IMG/VR virus record: IMGVR_UViG_3300018080_000154
Location: 18,954 to 82,953 of that record
Strand: one strand, 5' to 3'
Origin: a virus
Length of the DNA: 64,000 nucleotides
A program made the translations under genes and the position numbers. Below the pieces are notes generated by a model, which was not told where the DNA came from, ran no database searches, and saw only the letters and a program-made list of their open reading frames with translations. This document shows, one piece after another, positions 1 to 10,514 of the stretch; position 1 is the first letter of the stretch, and each line of letters opens with the position of its first letter.

Positions 1-86
1 TCTTGAGTTTCTCGATCTGGTAGTTCAACGGGTAGGTTGTTTTTTAGATCTTTCAGTTCCTTGGCAGTGTTTTCTTTCTTTGTCAT
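1..86 (-). CDS. partial gene after tail tube (possible tail assembly chaperone), runs off window
   Basis: ATG at 86 with GGGAG SD upstream, open frame MTKKENTAKELKDLKNNLPVELPDRETQ; function inferred from position only. Confidence 0.45.
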   Translation of the reverse strand, partial: MTKKENTAKELKDLKNNLPVELPDRETQ

Positions 87-131
87 CTCTAATCTCCCAA
101 ATACAACGTTTGTTGAGATTTTATGTTATGT

Positions 132-175
132 GGGTGACCGAACCGATTTCAATCCTGCTGCCGGTTCAGCCACCC
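132..175 (-). promoter_or_regulatory. 14-bp RNA hairpin in intergenic region after tail tube gene
   Basis: Minus strand GGGTGGCTGAACCG pairs with CGGTTCGGTCACCC continuously, including two G-U pairs. Confidence 0.6.
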
Positions 176-232
176 TATTCCCGATAAGCCATATCTAAAG
201 TAATTCTATCAAATTACTTCGACACAGTTAAC

Positions 233-670
233 CTACAAAACAACTTTCGCGGAGAAAGTCCAGACTACAAAACCGGGTTTTCCTTCGTCGCTCATGTCAA
301 CGTCAGGGTACTTACGTTTCTTGACCCATAGTTCTGTAAGCGGGATCATCTTTGCAACCGCACCAGAAATTGTTCGATAGATCATGGTACCGTTTTTCTT
401 GTAACCAAGAGCAACGTTACCTTTCCCTAGATTGTACCACGTTTCCAATGCTGCAAGCTCGGTGGTATGGTGAAGAGGCATCTCGGCTGTGAATTCCACA
501 GGAAGAGTATTCCCTCCACTTGCCATTGTCTTGTCGGGCATTTCAACGCCTTCGATTTCTTCTTCAATTCCATCTACTTTCGTAAACGTGATTTGAGGAA
601 GCTCAAGCACTATCAATTCAAACGCATTGACGGGTGCATGATCTGGTTTTAATACACCTTTGATTCCCAT
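233..670 (-). CDS. tail tube protein (T4 gp19-like)
   Basis: 145 aa directly after sheath; FTKVDGIEEE...LETWY...KKNGTM pattern typical of tube proteins. Confidence 0.8.
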   Translation of the reverse strand: MGIKGVLKPDHAPVNAFELIVLELPQITFTKVDGIEEEIEGVEMPDKTMASGGNTLPVEFTAEMPLHHTTELAALETWYNLGKGNVALGYKKNGTMIYRTISGAVAKMIPLTELWVKKRKYPDVDMSDEGKPGFVVWTFSAKVVL

Positions 671-700
671 ATTGATCGTCTCCTATCGTTTAATGTTTTG

Positions 701-3298
701 TTACTCAGTTGATTCAAAAATACCAAGTTGTCCAACGGTAACAACAAGTCTTTCAACGGTGTCCACAACACGGAATCGTAGTGCGGCGTTGAGGTCTCCG
801 GCTGCACGTGTGACCAATGTATTGTTTTCATCGTCGACTTTGAGAACGAATGCCTTCTGGAAACTGTCACCTTCAAGAGCACCTTTATTGTACTCTAAAA
901 GGTAATGCGCATTGAAAGCCGTGATGAGTTGTTGTTGCGTACTCGCCCGTTTCGAGTTGATTGCAAAAACAATCCAATCAAAGTTTTCACGAATGATGTT
1001 TTCCTGATGTGAAACATACTCACGTTTATGAGCAAATTTCCAAGCAGGATCAATCGCCGTGCTTCTATCACCCCAGATAACAAAATTCCCTTTGACTTTC
1101 TTGATAACCTGAATTCCTTGAGGATTCAAGAATTCTTCATTGAGTGTTCTGTTTCCAGTTGTGAGTTTCACGATGGCTGGTAATGTTGCATTGACGTCCG
1201 TGCCTGCCTTATGATAACCATCATAATTTTTGGCAATCAAAGCTTCTCGGCCTAAGATCATTCCAACTGTTGGAACAAGTTTTAGACCTTCACCATTTGG
1301 ATCATTTACCCATGCCCAGGAATTCATGGTGAATTTTCCAAAATCATTTCTACCAACCGAGTCGTTAAGCCATTGTTCGGCTGCAGACTCTGTTGTGATG
1401 TTAGATGGGCATTCGTATCTCCATTGGTAGTTTCTTGACTCGGCATAAAATGCACCAGCTTTTTGAACAGCGGTTGAAGCCACACCAGCTGCACAGAGTT
1501 TAACAAGACCAACGTTCTTTCCAAACATGTCGTTGAAAGGAGAATCGGACGGGTCAAGATGTTTGGTGTAATCGACGTCACCAATTCCTACAACGCCGTC
1601 GTATCCACCACCAAGTTCTTGTTTGTATTCAAGAACAAAGTTTTTAGTGGTGTCGGTAAGCGTTGTAAGATCTACTCCACTTTTCACGTCAATTTGATAT
1701 GCGTTGTTTCCAACAATCTCATGACGAATTCTTCTGGCGGTTGCGTCTGGAACAAGAACTTCACCAACAAGAGCATTTGGCTCAAATGGTTGAACAACAA
1801 CATCAACCGTATCACCAACGTCGAATTCTTTTGATACCATTCTTGAAGTTTCAAGAAGTTTAAGACCCATTGTGTACTCGTTTGGTTTTACAAATGCAAC
1901 ACCAGCCGTTAAGGTACCAACTGCACCAAGTTGATCATGGACAACATCCCATGTTTGAGCAACTCCACCAGAGGTTACAGTGCCGCCCCATGTTGGTTTG
2001 TTTGAACCACCAGCCGAAGTCGTTGAAATTCCATTTCCTTCAACACCGGCAGTGTTTACAAAAATGTCCAACGCAGACGATCCAGATTTCTCAGGATATG
2101 TTGAAACAGCTTTCAAATATAGAAACGTCACAGTGTTGTCAACACATTCTTCAACGGTTCCACCAATTTGAATTTCGGTTTCTGAATCTGACACGGTTGT
2201 TTTGAAAGTGTAAGTTACACCGTCAATCTCAATTGTGTCTCCATCGTCTGGTATTGCACCGAACGTAAGACCGGAAGTCGCATGTGAACCTTTTACCGCA
2301 CAAGTCAATGAAAGTTTACCCGGAACAATTTCACTTCCATAGTCTGCTTCAACCGCTACGGCGGATCCACCATTTGCGGAATTCACAATGGCGTGATGAA
2401 TTCTTGCCGTAAGTTTTGTTGCAGTGACTTGTTCAATCACTCCAAAGAAGTTTGAAGGTCTTGCGCTTGCAACATAAGCACCAACATGAACGTCTTCAAC
2501 TTCAACGTAGTAGTTTGATGTGTCGTCGTTTATAACCGACTCAAAATAATTTGGGTCGTCGGGGTCGATGCTCAAGTTTTCCCAGTTCTTGACCAAGACG
2601 CCATTGTCATAAACTTCCATTCCGAATTCTGTGTCTGGTTTTTGAAGACCATCTTTAATGAGAAATCCAATTCCTTTCTCATTTACAAGTTCTACCTTGT
2701 ATTTTTTATCGGAAACAAGACCTACGTCATCAACCAATAACGTATCGGCTGCAAAAGTAAGAACACCAGACTCATCGTTTGAAACAACCTTATAGCTTTT
2801 TCCGGGGACGCCATTTAAGGTTACGATCGCGTCTTTAAGTTCATCTTCTAGCATCGTACGGCCAGTAGACAATGTTATCTGTGTGATTGCAGAGTATTCT
2901 CCAACCAACGTCTGTTTTCTACCAGCCCAACGACCGGCGTTTCTTCCTTTGACCTTCATGACTTCGGTTCGAGGATCTTTTCTTGAGTAAACCGTTGCCT
3001 CTGCAATTTTTTCGGTTCCATCAGTGACTCGAACTAAATACTGTCGGCCAGCCCCTTTACTGAGAGTCCAAAAATCAAACATCGCATCAGGAAGATATGA
3101 CTCTTTAATGTATGAGCCACAAATTGCCTTGAAGTCTGTTTTGCTCAGGACCTCAATAAGTTCTCCAATTGGACCACGTTCGAGGACTCCAATTCCTCCG
3201 ATAACACCTAACGCAGCCTGTTCAATGGTTTTACCACCATCTTCTTCGATGACGGCAACACCTGCCCCTTGCGTAGGGCCAAATCGTCTTTGCACCAT
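701..3298 (-). CDS. contractile tail sheath protein
   Basis: N-terminal GVAVIEE...RGPIG; C-terminal LNPQGIQVIKK..GNFVIWGDRS..WKF sheath motifs. Confidence 0.92.
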   Translation of the reverse strand: MVQRRFGPTQGAGVAVIEEDGGKTIEQAALGVIGGIGVLERGPIGELIEVLSKTDFKAICGSYIKESYLPDAMFDFWTLSKGAGRQYLVRVTDGTEKIAEATVYSRKDPRTEVMKVKGRNAGRWAGRKQTLVGEYSAITQITLSTGRTMLEDELKDAIVTLNGVPGKSYKVVSNDESGVLTFAADTLLVDDVGLVSDKKYKVELVNEKGIGFLIKDGLQKPDTEFGMEVYDNGVLVKNWENLSIDPDDPNYFESVINDDTSNYYVEVEDVHVGAYVASARPSNFFGVIEQVTATKLTARIHHAIVNSANGGSAVAVEADYGSEIVPGKLSLTCAVKGSHATSGLTFGAIPDDGDTIEIDGVTYTFKTTVSDSETEIQIGGTVEECVDNTVTFLYLKAVSTYPEKSGSSALDIFVNTAGVEGNGISTTSAGGSNKPTWGGTVTSGGVAQTWDVVHDQLGAVGTLTAGVAFVKPNEYTMGLKLLETSRMVSKEFDVGDTVDVVVQPFEPNALVGEVLVPDATARRIRHEIVGNNAYQIDVKSGVDLTTLTDTTKNFVLEYKQELGGGYDGVVGIGDVDYTKHLDPSDSPFNDMFGKNVGLVKLCAAGVASTAVQKAGAFYAESRNYQWRYECPSNITTESAAEQWLNDSVGRNDFGKFTMNSWAWVNDPNGEGLKLVPTVGMILGREALIAKNYDGYHKAGTDVNATLPAIVKLTTGNRTLNEEFLNPQGIQVIKKVKGNFVIWGDRSTAIDPAWKFAHKREYVSHQENIIRENFDWIVFAINSKRASTQQQLITAFNAHYLLEYNKGALEGDSFQKAFVLKVDDENNTLVTRAAGDLNAALRFRVVDTVERLVVTVGQLGIFESTE

Positions 3299-3328
3299 GC
3301 TTTAACTCCTTTAAGAGAATTGTTAGCA

Positions 3329-4600
3329 TTACTCAGTTGTAGTCTCGCTGTTCAAACGTAGAACAAGTGGTACGTCTTCCGATTCCTTAAGATAAAAAAC
3401 AACGTTACTAACCTCAAAAACACCAATCGAACTATTGGTATCATCAAGATCTGGTTTCTGGTCAAAAAATAATCTTGCCATCGGTTGCACGAAATACTTT
3501 TCACCAGTTCCCCATGAAGTAAAGTGAAGTTTTGTTTTAAGGTATCTTTCAACTTCCTCCGCTAGGTTTTGAAGGTCCACCTGTCTTGTCGTTAGACAAA
3601 CGTACTCAAATCTGACACTATATTGGGCTGGCGATTCCAATAGAACCGCAGTTCCCGCTGTTTTATTTTTCACCGAGTCTTGTTCTTGACCGGATCGTTC
3701 AATTATTCTGTTGTATTCTATTCTTTCAATAACTACTACAGGAAATTTTGCAACCTCGTGGTAGTCTTGACTTGTATTCACTGCAACTTCTGGTTCACAT
3801 TTCATTTTTATATCAACGTCGTGACCGGAAGGCACCTCGGTGGTAAGTGTTATCGTCCCGTTGTCGTAAGTACCGTCACGTCTTTGTGGTCCACGACTAT
3901 ATGATTGAAGTAAATTGACCTGTCTCAATGGATCTACAGTGATGTCGTAAACACTTTCACATGTGTCCATGTTGTAACCATCATTTTCTGGTTTGAATTC
4001 ATTTAAAAGATCTATCTCGGTGGTAGGTTGATCGGTTACAATTCCAAGTTTAAGAACGTATCGTAAATTTTCTCTGAAATCTTGAACGATGGTATCAAAA
4101 ATAAGATCATCTTTCCAATTGATGTCGTATCGACCAAGAAGTTTTATCTGTTGTACGGTTGGTGTGGTGGTCTCGTTTGATGTTTTGAGTTTTATCTGTA
4201 GTTTTATTTTAAAAGTATTGTCACATAATTCAAACTCTTCTAGATGTTGGTTGATTTCATCCTCAGTGTTCCAATCATTTACACCAGCAATGGCCCAATT
4301 TGATCCATTATGAAAATATTTCTCAACGCCATTGTCAAGACGTAAAAACCAGTCTGTATTTTCTGGTTTTGTTCCAACAACTTCTACGGCCAACCATTTT
4401 CTTACTGCGTGCGGTTCTACTTCATAGGTTGATGCATAAATATCGTCGTCGGTTGGATACTTACCACCAGTTGCTTTAAGCATCAATGCTGGATGTTCTG
4501 TGTCCTCGGTGTTTAGTCTTATTTTGTCAGTGTTGGAAAGAAAAATGTCGTCTCGTCTTTCATTTTCAAAAACAAAATTGTAGATAAGTCGATTTATCAC
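3329..4600 (-). CDS. putative tail terminator / neck protein
   Basis: 423 aa between tail completion gene and sheath; position-based. Confidence 0.5.
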   Translation of the reverse strand: MINRLIYNFVFENERRDDIFLSNTDKIRLNTEDTEHPALMLKATGGKYPTDDDIYASTYEVEPHAVRKWLAVEVVGTKPENTDWFLRLDNGVEKYFHNGSNWAIAGVNDWNTEDEINQHLEEFELCDNTFKIKLQIKLKTSNETTTPTVQQIKLLGRYDINWKDDLIFDTIVQDFRENLRYVLKLGIVTDQPTTEIDLLNEFKPENDGYNMDTCESVYDITVDPLRQVNLLQSYSRGPQRRDGTYDNGTITLTTEVPSGHDVDIKMKCEPEVAVNTSQDYHEVAKFPVVVIERIEYNRIIERSGQEQDSVKNKTAGTAVLLESPAQYSVRFEYVCLTTRQVDLQNLAEEVERYLKTKLHFTSWGTGEKYFVQPMARLFFDQKPDLDDTNSSIGVFEVSNVVFYLKESEDVPLVLRLNSETTTE

Positions 4601-5175
4601 TTAGATGATTTCCTTATGGCACCGTTCACGGCCATCTCCCAGTTCTTGTTCATTAAAGCCTGAACCGCCGGGTCGTGAAACACAATATTCATGAATGGCC
4701 TAGGAGGGATTCTAATCAATCCACTCGAACTTTTGAACTTTATTTTTGTTCTTTTTCCACCACCACGTTCTTTTGCCTTTGCAAAAAGAAATCTTCTCAT
4801 TCTTGGCGTCATGGTTATCGTGCCACCATCGTGAAGAAGACGAGCAACATTTATCATAGGTCCACCGTGACTGGTTTCACTGTCTGTTAGAAAACCAACA
4901 CGTGCAGTAAATGGTGTTTTCTGGTTTATCTCGATTGCGTTTATCATTTCTTTCGTATCTACCAGAGGCATGTTCTTGCCTTTAAGTAGAATTGTAAGAT
5001 CTGAGTTTTTGATGAATTTTCTGCTGGCAATTCCTTGTCGAACCAAGGTTTGAAGAGTAAGAGCATTTTTAAGAGTGGCTTTCCCAATCTCTTTTTGCAG
5101 TTGTGGAGAAAAGGTTTTCAAAAATCTAGAAAACCTTATATGACCAGTTCCCACCAATTTAATTTCACCCGGCAT
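4597..5175 (-). CDS. tail completion / virion morphogenesis protein (HK97 gp10-like)
   Basis: PLVDT...ARLLHDGG...IRIPPRPF motifs. Confidence 0.75.
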   Translation of the reverse strand: MPGEIKLVGTGHIRFSRFLKTFSPQLQKEIGKATLKNALTLQTLVRQGIASRKFIKNSDLTILLKGKNMPLVDTKEMINAIEINQKTPFTARVGFLTDSETSHGGPMINVARLLHDGGTITMTPRMRRFLFAKAKERGGGKRTKIKFKSSSGLIRIPPRPFMNIVFHDPAVQALMNKNWEMAVNGAIRKSSK

Positions 5176-5565
5176 CTATGGTGTCCTATCACTAAAATAG
5201 TAACGTACTAGACCAAACGAGGATCCGCTGGAGCTTTCCGCTCCAAACATGTAACGTGTTACATATAGGTCTACCTCTTGGTCGCCCAGTTTCGTTATTT
5301 TATCGCCACGTTTTATATTTACACCAAGTGTGTTCATGTCTTTTGTTCTGACGATTACGTAACCAACAGAGTCTTCGTCTATTCCTTCACGTTTAAGCTC
5401 AAAATCTTTCTCGGACAACCACTTTACTTGTGCCTGAATCGTGATTGTAGATTTTCTTCTTATCCGACCGGAACTTTCTCGTCTAGTGTCTGAATATCTA
5501 GTCGAGTCCTTATCGATAGGCTCTATCTCGATCGGTACGGCAAAAAGTAAGTTTGGTGTAGTCAT
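5176..5565 (-). CDS. head closure / head-tail adaptor
   Basis: 129 aa beta-rich protein with IKRGDKI, neck position. Confidence 0.6.
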   Translation of the reverse strand: MTTPNLLFAVPIEIEPIDKDSTRYSDTRRESSGRIRRKSTITIQAQVKWLSEKDFELKREGIDEDSVGYVIVRTKDMNTLGVNIKRGDKITKLGDQEVDLYVTRYMFGAESSSGSSFGLVRYYFSDRTP

Positions 5566-5567
5566 GT

Positions 5568-6308
5568 TTAGTATCCTGTCAATGCGTTACGAGGAGAATC
5601 CATAATCGATCCTCTAATCACCGTCGGTGCTCTATACAATTTTACGACATCGTCTACTATTTTTATCCCAATGTCACCAGGTGATTTTGTGATAGAACTA
5701 GATCCAGTGTTTGGATCAAAATACTCTATCTCATGCATGTCGGTTTTCTCACGACGTTTAACAAGAGGCGCACCACCTGTGCCGGATGATATTTGCTCGT
5801 CGATTGGATTTTTGATATCATTCACAACCAAAGCAATCACAGCCTTTTGTATCAAAGACGGTGTCGATCCATCTTCTTCGATAAATCCAAACTTACCTTT
5901 AATGGTTGTCATGTAACCACGAAGAAAAGTCCCTCGGCTTACTCCGGTGTAAATACTTCTATCATTGCCAAACAATTTAATTCGAGGATTTCTTCTATCG
6001 TCTGGATATGTTCGGTTATTGAAAACCTGATAGTAGCTAACCGGTAGGTCGTCGTCCTCTCCATTTATTTTCATATACTCGATCTCGATGATCGGTATTC
6101 CAAGATGAAGAAGACTGGAGTTATTACCTTCTACGTTCATGGTGATTTCGCGTTCGTTAAAGAAATTTCTTGTTCTCATGTCAATGTACGACATGTTTTC
6201 TTTAATTATTTTTTCAATCGCTGCGTCAGAAAGTGTACCAACATCGGTTGAGTCTTTAATGTCTTGAACCGTTACGTATGGTCCTGTATTGTTAGCCATG
6301 TTTCTCAC
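5568..6308 (-). CDS. head-tail connector protein
   Basis: YVTVQDIK...YIDMRT...GKFGF...TPSLIQKAV pattern of connector proteins. Confidence 0.7.
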   Translation of the reverse strand: MRNMANNTGPYVTVQDIKDSTDVGTLSDAAIEKIIKENMSYIDMRTRNFFNEREITMNVEGNNSSLLHLGIPIIEIEYMKINGEDDDLPVSYYQVFNNRTYPDDRRNPRIKLFGNDRSIYTGVSRGTFLRGYMTTIKGKFGFIEEDGSTPSLIQKAVIALVVNDIKNPIDEQISSGTGGAPLVKRREKTDMHEIEYFDPNTGSSSITKSPGDIGIKIVDDVVKLYRAPTVIRGSIMDSPRNALTGY

Positions 6309-6930
6309 CTCGAATATCTATGATTGTTTCAAATACATTGTCGGCTTTTGCAATATCGTCTGGAGTTATTGTCATAATTCCAAAACGCTCACGTAAATTT
6401 AAAAGACCAGGTGAAGCCGACTCAAGACACCAGTAATACATCTCGGAGCAATAAACAGCCTTACGTGCTTTCTTATCTTTAAGAGGAGTTGGATTTTTGC
6501 TACGTGCAACAAAACTCCAATCGTACGGTGTTTTTCTATCTACAAATCCATAAGCTTCGCTTACCATTTCTTTAATTACATCTGGACTCACTTTAGGTCG
6601 ACGAACCATAACTCTACTCGATCCAACCATAAGTTCCAAAATGTCTCTATCTTCTACACCTTCTCCTGTTGCATCAATAATAAATTTATCGGCAACCTTC
6701 ATTGCAGCATGAGTGAATTTTGATCCTTGTAGATATGTAGTAGACTCAAGAAATGCCCGTATCAAAATACAGTCACCTTCTTTAGTGTCTTCAATTACTT
6801 TTCGAAAATCTGCGCCATGTACAAGATATTTTTTTATTCCGATTTTATCTATGAAAAAAAGAATAAAACGAAGACGACCATCTTCTTTTAGCCAATTGAC
6901 AAATCTAATAAAAGCACCTTTAAACATCAA
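6292..6930 (-). CDS. permuted papain-like NlpC/P60 amidase (YiiX/YebB-like)
   Basis: GDCIL, FTHAAM (His), IIDATGEGV, PYDW, VYCSEM (Cys) in permuted order. Confidence 0.85.
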   Translation of the reverse strand: MMFKGAFIRFVNWLKEDGRLRFILFFIDKIGIKKYLVHGADFRKVIEDTKEGDCILIRAFLESTTYLQGSKFTHAAMKVADKFIIDATGEGVEDRDILELMVGSSRVMVRRPKVSPDVIKEMVSEAYGFVDRKTPYDWSFVARSKNPTPLKDKKARKAVYCSEMYYWCLESASPGLLNLRERFGIMTITPDDIAKADNVFETIIDIRGEKHG

Positions 6931-7859
6931 ACGTTTCCTTTACAGAAAGTAGTCATTTCAATTCCAATCCACGGATCTTCGCTACCGGCTGTTAGTTCAA
7001 ATCTTATTTTCCAACAATTGTACAACAATTTTCCTACAACATCAGTAGATTGAAAAATAGCCTGTTGACCATCTTGTTTTCTACCATGTAAACAATTACC
7101 AAACGAGTGTAAGTCTATATCTATTGTGTACAGATTATAACCGCCTTGTTGATCAATGTTTGGCTGAATTACATTCGAAAATTTATCGTAATCAAAAAAT
7201 CCAGTATTGCCTGCTGCTGGTACTGGCACGCACATTAATACGTCACCGTTGTTGTTAACAGTTGCGTCAAGATCTAAATCGTGTGTACCTGCACCTTCTC
7301 CTACATAAATAATAAGAACGCCACCTGCTATTATGTATTCTCCACCTTCACGTGGTATCAACCCTTGTGTAGCAGGTGCATAAAGATACGAAGAAACTTT
7401 ATCTAATCTACTGCAGCCTTCAAATATTGCAGTTGCCCCACATGCAAACCAATGACGAAGAAGTTGAAAATCTACAACGTTTTTTTGTTTTGTCAATTCT
7501 ATTACATCACCGTCACCAAAAGTTCCTGCATCGATGTTGTCACTACGACCAACAATGTAAAGACTATAACCTGATAGAATTCTGTTGACTGCAAAAATAT
7601 CTAAACCGTCGCTAGTTTTTTCAGGTTCCCACGGAAGACCCACAAGAGCATTCATTTGTTTTAAAGGCTCTGTTGTAAGATCTGTTACACCATCTACACT
7701 CACCTTCGTTACGCCATCTAAAATGTCTTTCAATAGATTTACATCATTCTTAAAAGAATTACGAAGATGATCTTCTATATGAAAAAAAGCATCTGGTGAA
7801 ATAGGCCTACCAAAATATGTTTTTGTTTCTTCACTAGTGTTGTGTATCCATAGACTCAT
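6927..7859 (-). CDS. hypothetical virion-associated protein
   Basis: 310-aa ORF tightly packed in structural operon. Confidence 0.6.
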   Translation of the reverse strand: MSLWIHNTSEETKTYFGRPISPDAFFHIEDHLRNSFKNDVNLLKDILDGVTKVSVDGVTDLTTEPLKQMNALVGLPWEPEKTSDGLDIFAVNRILSGYSLYIVGRSDNIDAGTFGDGDVIELTKQKNVVDFQLLRHWFACGATAIFEGCSRLDKVSSYLYAPATQGLIPREGGEYIIAGGVLIIYVGEGAGTHDLDLDATVNNNGDVLMCVPVPAAGNTGFFDYDKFSNVIQPNIDQQGGYNLYTIDIDLHSFGNCLHGRKQDGQQAIFQSTDVVGKLLYNCWKIRFELTAGSEDPWIGIEMTTFCKGNV

Positions 7860-7868
7860 AATTCAATC

Positions 7869-8390
7869 CTATACATAGTCGTCGTTTACAAAATACAAAA
7901 TTAGAGAAGCGTCTGAAGCATTTCTTCCAATATCTCTATAAATACATCTAATCTCATCTTGGGCTTCAAACAAATCATTTCTGGCTATGACAGCATTTTT
8001 TGTATTGTCTCCTGGTGACCACGTATAGATAAGAGTGCCAGAAGTGTAATTTGATGCCTTTGTGTATCTATAAAAGTCAATTTCCCAATCGGCGTTTGAT
8101 CTTGAGTTGTCGAAAACTGCTTCCTTCAATCGACTTCTCTTAGGAACAATTATTTGTGCATTAGGAAGAAGTTCTGAGTATGTAATTCTCTGACCGTTAG
8201 ATAAAGTTCCATTATTAAGAAGGGTGAGAGTAAAACGAGCAAGTTTACCCGGTGCATTGTTGAAAACAAACTCTATAGCAGATTGAGTCTCGTCCCTATC
8301 AATCGTACCGACCTGACCATTTGTATCTGGATTTCTATTTGGTTCAAATGGTGTCGATTCTGCAACATTTGTAATGAAAGGATTGGTCAC
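7869..8390 (-). CDS. hypothetical structural protein
   Basis: 173-aa ORF in structural operon. Confidence 0.6.
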   Translation of the reverse strand: MTNPFITNVAESTPFEPNRNPDTNGQVGTIDRDETQSAIEFVFNNAPGKLARFTLTLLNNGTLSNGQRITYSELLPNAQIIVPKRSRLKEAVFDNSRSNADWEIDFYRYTKASNYTSGTLIYTWSPGDNTKNAVIARNDLFEAQDEIRCIYRDIGRNASDASLILYFVNDDYV

Positions 8391-8759
8391 CTAACTAACC
8401 TCCCCTACTGCAATACTTCCAGTACCCGTCGTGACTTTTGCCCATATCTTTGTATCTGGTCCAAACGGCAATATTGCTGTTTGTATTTTTCTTAATTGAA
8501 ATGATTGAGAAGTTTGAGTAAAACCAAACACTACATTATTTGAAAGAGCCTGTATCATAATAAATTTACGAAGAGCTTTTGATGATGTTCCAACTCTAAG
8601 TTCTTTGGCCGTTGCAGTAAGTGGTATAACTGTATCAATACCACCATTGTCAAGAATGTCGGAAGACCGTATTTCTTTATTTTCAGAAACTTTAACGAGG
8701 TTTCCATTTTCATCTGCTATGAAAACTGTTCCTTGTACAATGGTAAACGGTAATCCCAT
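8391..8759 (-). CDS. hypothetical structural protein (beta-sandwich-like)
   Basis: 122 aa, abuts neighbours. Confidence 0.6.
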   Translation of the reverse strand: MGLPFTIVQGTVFIADENGNLVKVSENKEIRSSDILDNGGIDTVIPLTATAKELRVGTSSKALRKFIMIQALSNNVVFGFTQTSQSFQLRKIQTAILPFGPDTKIWAKVTTGTGSIAVGEVS

Positions 8760-9127
8760 TACGTCCTCGAGGTTACGACGTTAACGTCTTTAATTGTTTT
8801 ATTTGTATTGTATGTAACGACGGCAGTAATTGTTGCTACAACGTTTGTGCCATCTTTATTGTAAATAGTTTTCACTATCTGTTCAATGAAAGGTAAAGGC
8901 GAATACGTAAAATCTACAACCGATCTTACATAATTTTTTAACGCCGAATCGTATGTAGTTATGTTGTCAATGAATGGCGTAGATCCAACATAACTTGTCT
9001 CGGAAAAACCTTTACCAGTATCTTCTTCTGCAAGGTCGTTTATTATTCTTTCAAGTTGATCGTCACGAAAAACATTTTGTTCAGCATCTACGTCGTGACT
9101 TATTCGATTTGTGTTTTTTTGTGCCAT
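8759..9127 (-). CDS. hypothetical protein
   Basis: 122 aa, stop/start overlap with next gene. Confidence 0.6.
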   Translation of the reverse strand: MAQKNTNRISHDVDAEQNVFRDDQLERIINDLAEEDTGKGFSETSYVGSTPFIDNITTYDSALKNYVRSVVDFTYSPLPFIEQIVKTIYNKDGTNVVATITAVVTYNTNKTIKDVNVVTSRT

Positions 9128-9137
9128 TCGTTGGTAA

Positions 9138-9153
9138 GGGGCCCGAAGGCCCC
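9138..9153 (-). terminator. GC hairpin with UUCG tetraloop (weak terminator or stabiliser)
   Basis: GGGGCC-TTCG-GGCCCC in intergenic gap; only a short U tract. Confidence 0.55.
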
Positions 9154-9162
9154 ACCCTTTGT

Positions 9163-10503
9163 TTACCTGTTAACATTTTCCATTGGTCGGCGATATGCTA
9201 GTTCGATTTCTTCGTCCTGTTCCAGAGGTTCATTCATTCGGTTGCGTTCGTCTGGTCTGATATGGAATGAAATCCATTTGTAACCAGTGTTTGCATTGAC
9301 CAAAGAAGTACCATCGTTCACGTAACGAACCTGCTCGATTTCAGCATAGTCACCAGTACCATCATCAAGACCACCAGCAAGACTAGTTGGTCCAAATGGC
9401 GTTACAACACCTGAACCGTCTCCACCAAACTTCATCTGAACAATTCTCTTAGCAACTGAATCGGCATTGATAGCATCACAAATTTCTTTTGCTGTTGCCG
9501 AACCGCTGTTGCTATTGACCTGTACGAGATATTGGGTTTGTGCAGAAATGATTTCAGTTGAATTGGCTTTAAAGGTTTTTGTAACAGACACAGCCAATCC
9601 AGCTGCGTCTACAACTTCGATTTCAACTTCATTTCCCAAAAGACCCATCAACATTGAGTCACAAATAAGTTGTGAGTCGCCAGATCCTTGAGAAAGAGTT
9701 GCTCGAGTTCCTGCGGTTCCAAGTTTCTTCTTTGTTCCATCGATGTAGACCTTAGAAGAATATTGTCTGAACAAAAACTCTGTTTCGAAAGCTGTCAATG
9801 TACCTTCCGACTCACCGTTGATAACGTTCCCGTCTTCGTTTTCAACTGGTCGATCAAGTTCATCGATTCTTTCTTGGTTTCTTACAATTGCTTTGTCAAC
9901 AGTCAAAGCAGTGTTAAGAATAAAAGGATTGGTTGATGCAAGCGCATCAATGACTTCGTCCACCACAATGGTAGCACGATTGTTTGAGTCGTCGGCGTTT
10001 GGTGAAACCGATACAATTGTAGAATCATCATCTACGATACCTTCGTCTGCCAAGACATCAACGGTGTCACCGGCTCTCCAAAGACTTGCATCTTCAACTT
10101 CAAAGGTAGTTTGACCAGCAGATGGTTTGTTGAGCTGTTGAGCCAAAATATTTTGTCTCAAAGTCATTTCCAGTTTACCAGACAAACGACGACGATAAAG
10201 TCTATCGATTGCATCTTGCCCGTCATCAATTTCTTGACAACGAATTTTTGGAGTCCCAGTTGCTGCGGTTGTGTCAACAGCGGCAGACAAAGTGAGAGAA
10301 GTTTCTGGATCTATTGCCAGTACACTTAAATTGTTGGCGAGGACACCAATCACGTTTCCTTCAGAGTCTACATCAATAACATCTACCTTGTCATTGATTT
10401 CGAAGTATCCGGTGAAGTCGACGTCTTGAATGTCATCGTTCTTCGGGTTGAGTACAGTTACACGTGGGATGAACTGTAAACGTTTAATGTTTCCTTGTCC
10501 CAT
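9163..10503 (-). CDS. structural protein with a sheath-like subdomain (possible collar/decoration)
   Basis: 446 aa; GLLGNEVEIEV...TAKEICDAIN...TSLAGGLDDG resembles repeated subdomains of sheath proteins. Confidence 0.55.
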   Translation of the reverse strand: MGQGNIKRLQFIPRVTVLNPKNDDIQDVDFTGYFEINDKVDVIDVDSEGNVIGVLANNLSVLAIDPETSLTLSAAVDTTAATGTPKIRCQEIDDGQDAIDRLYRRRLSGKLEMTLRQNILAQQLNKPSAGQTTFEVEDASLWRAGDTVDVLADEGIVDDDSTIVSVSPNADDSNNRATIVVDEVIDALASTNPFILNTALTVDKAIVRNQERIDELDRPVENEDGNVINGESEGTLTAFETEFLFRQYSSKVYIDGTKKKLGTAGTRATLSQGSGDSQLICDSMLMGLLGNEVEIEVVDAAGLAVSVTKTFKANSTEIISAQTQYLVQVNSNSGSATAKEICDAINADSVAKRIVQMKFGGDGSGVVTPFGPTSLAGGLDDGTGDYAEIEQVRYVNDGTSLVNANTGYKWISFHIRPDERNRMNEPLEQDEEIELAYRRPMENVNR

Positions 10504-10514
10504 TCATACCCTCC

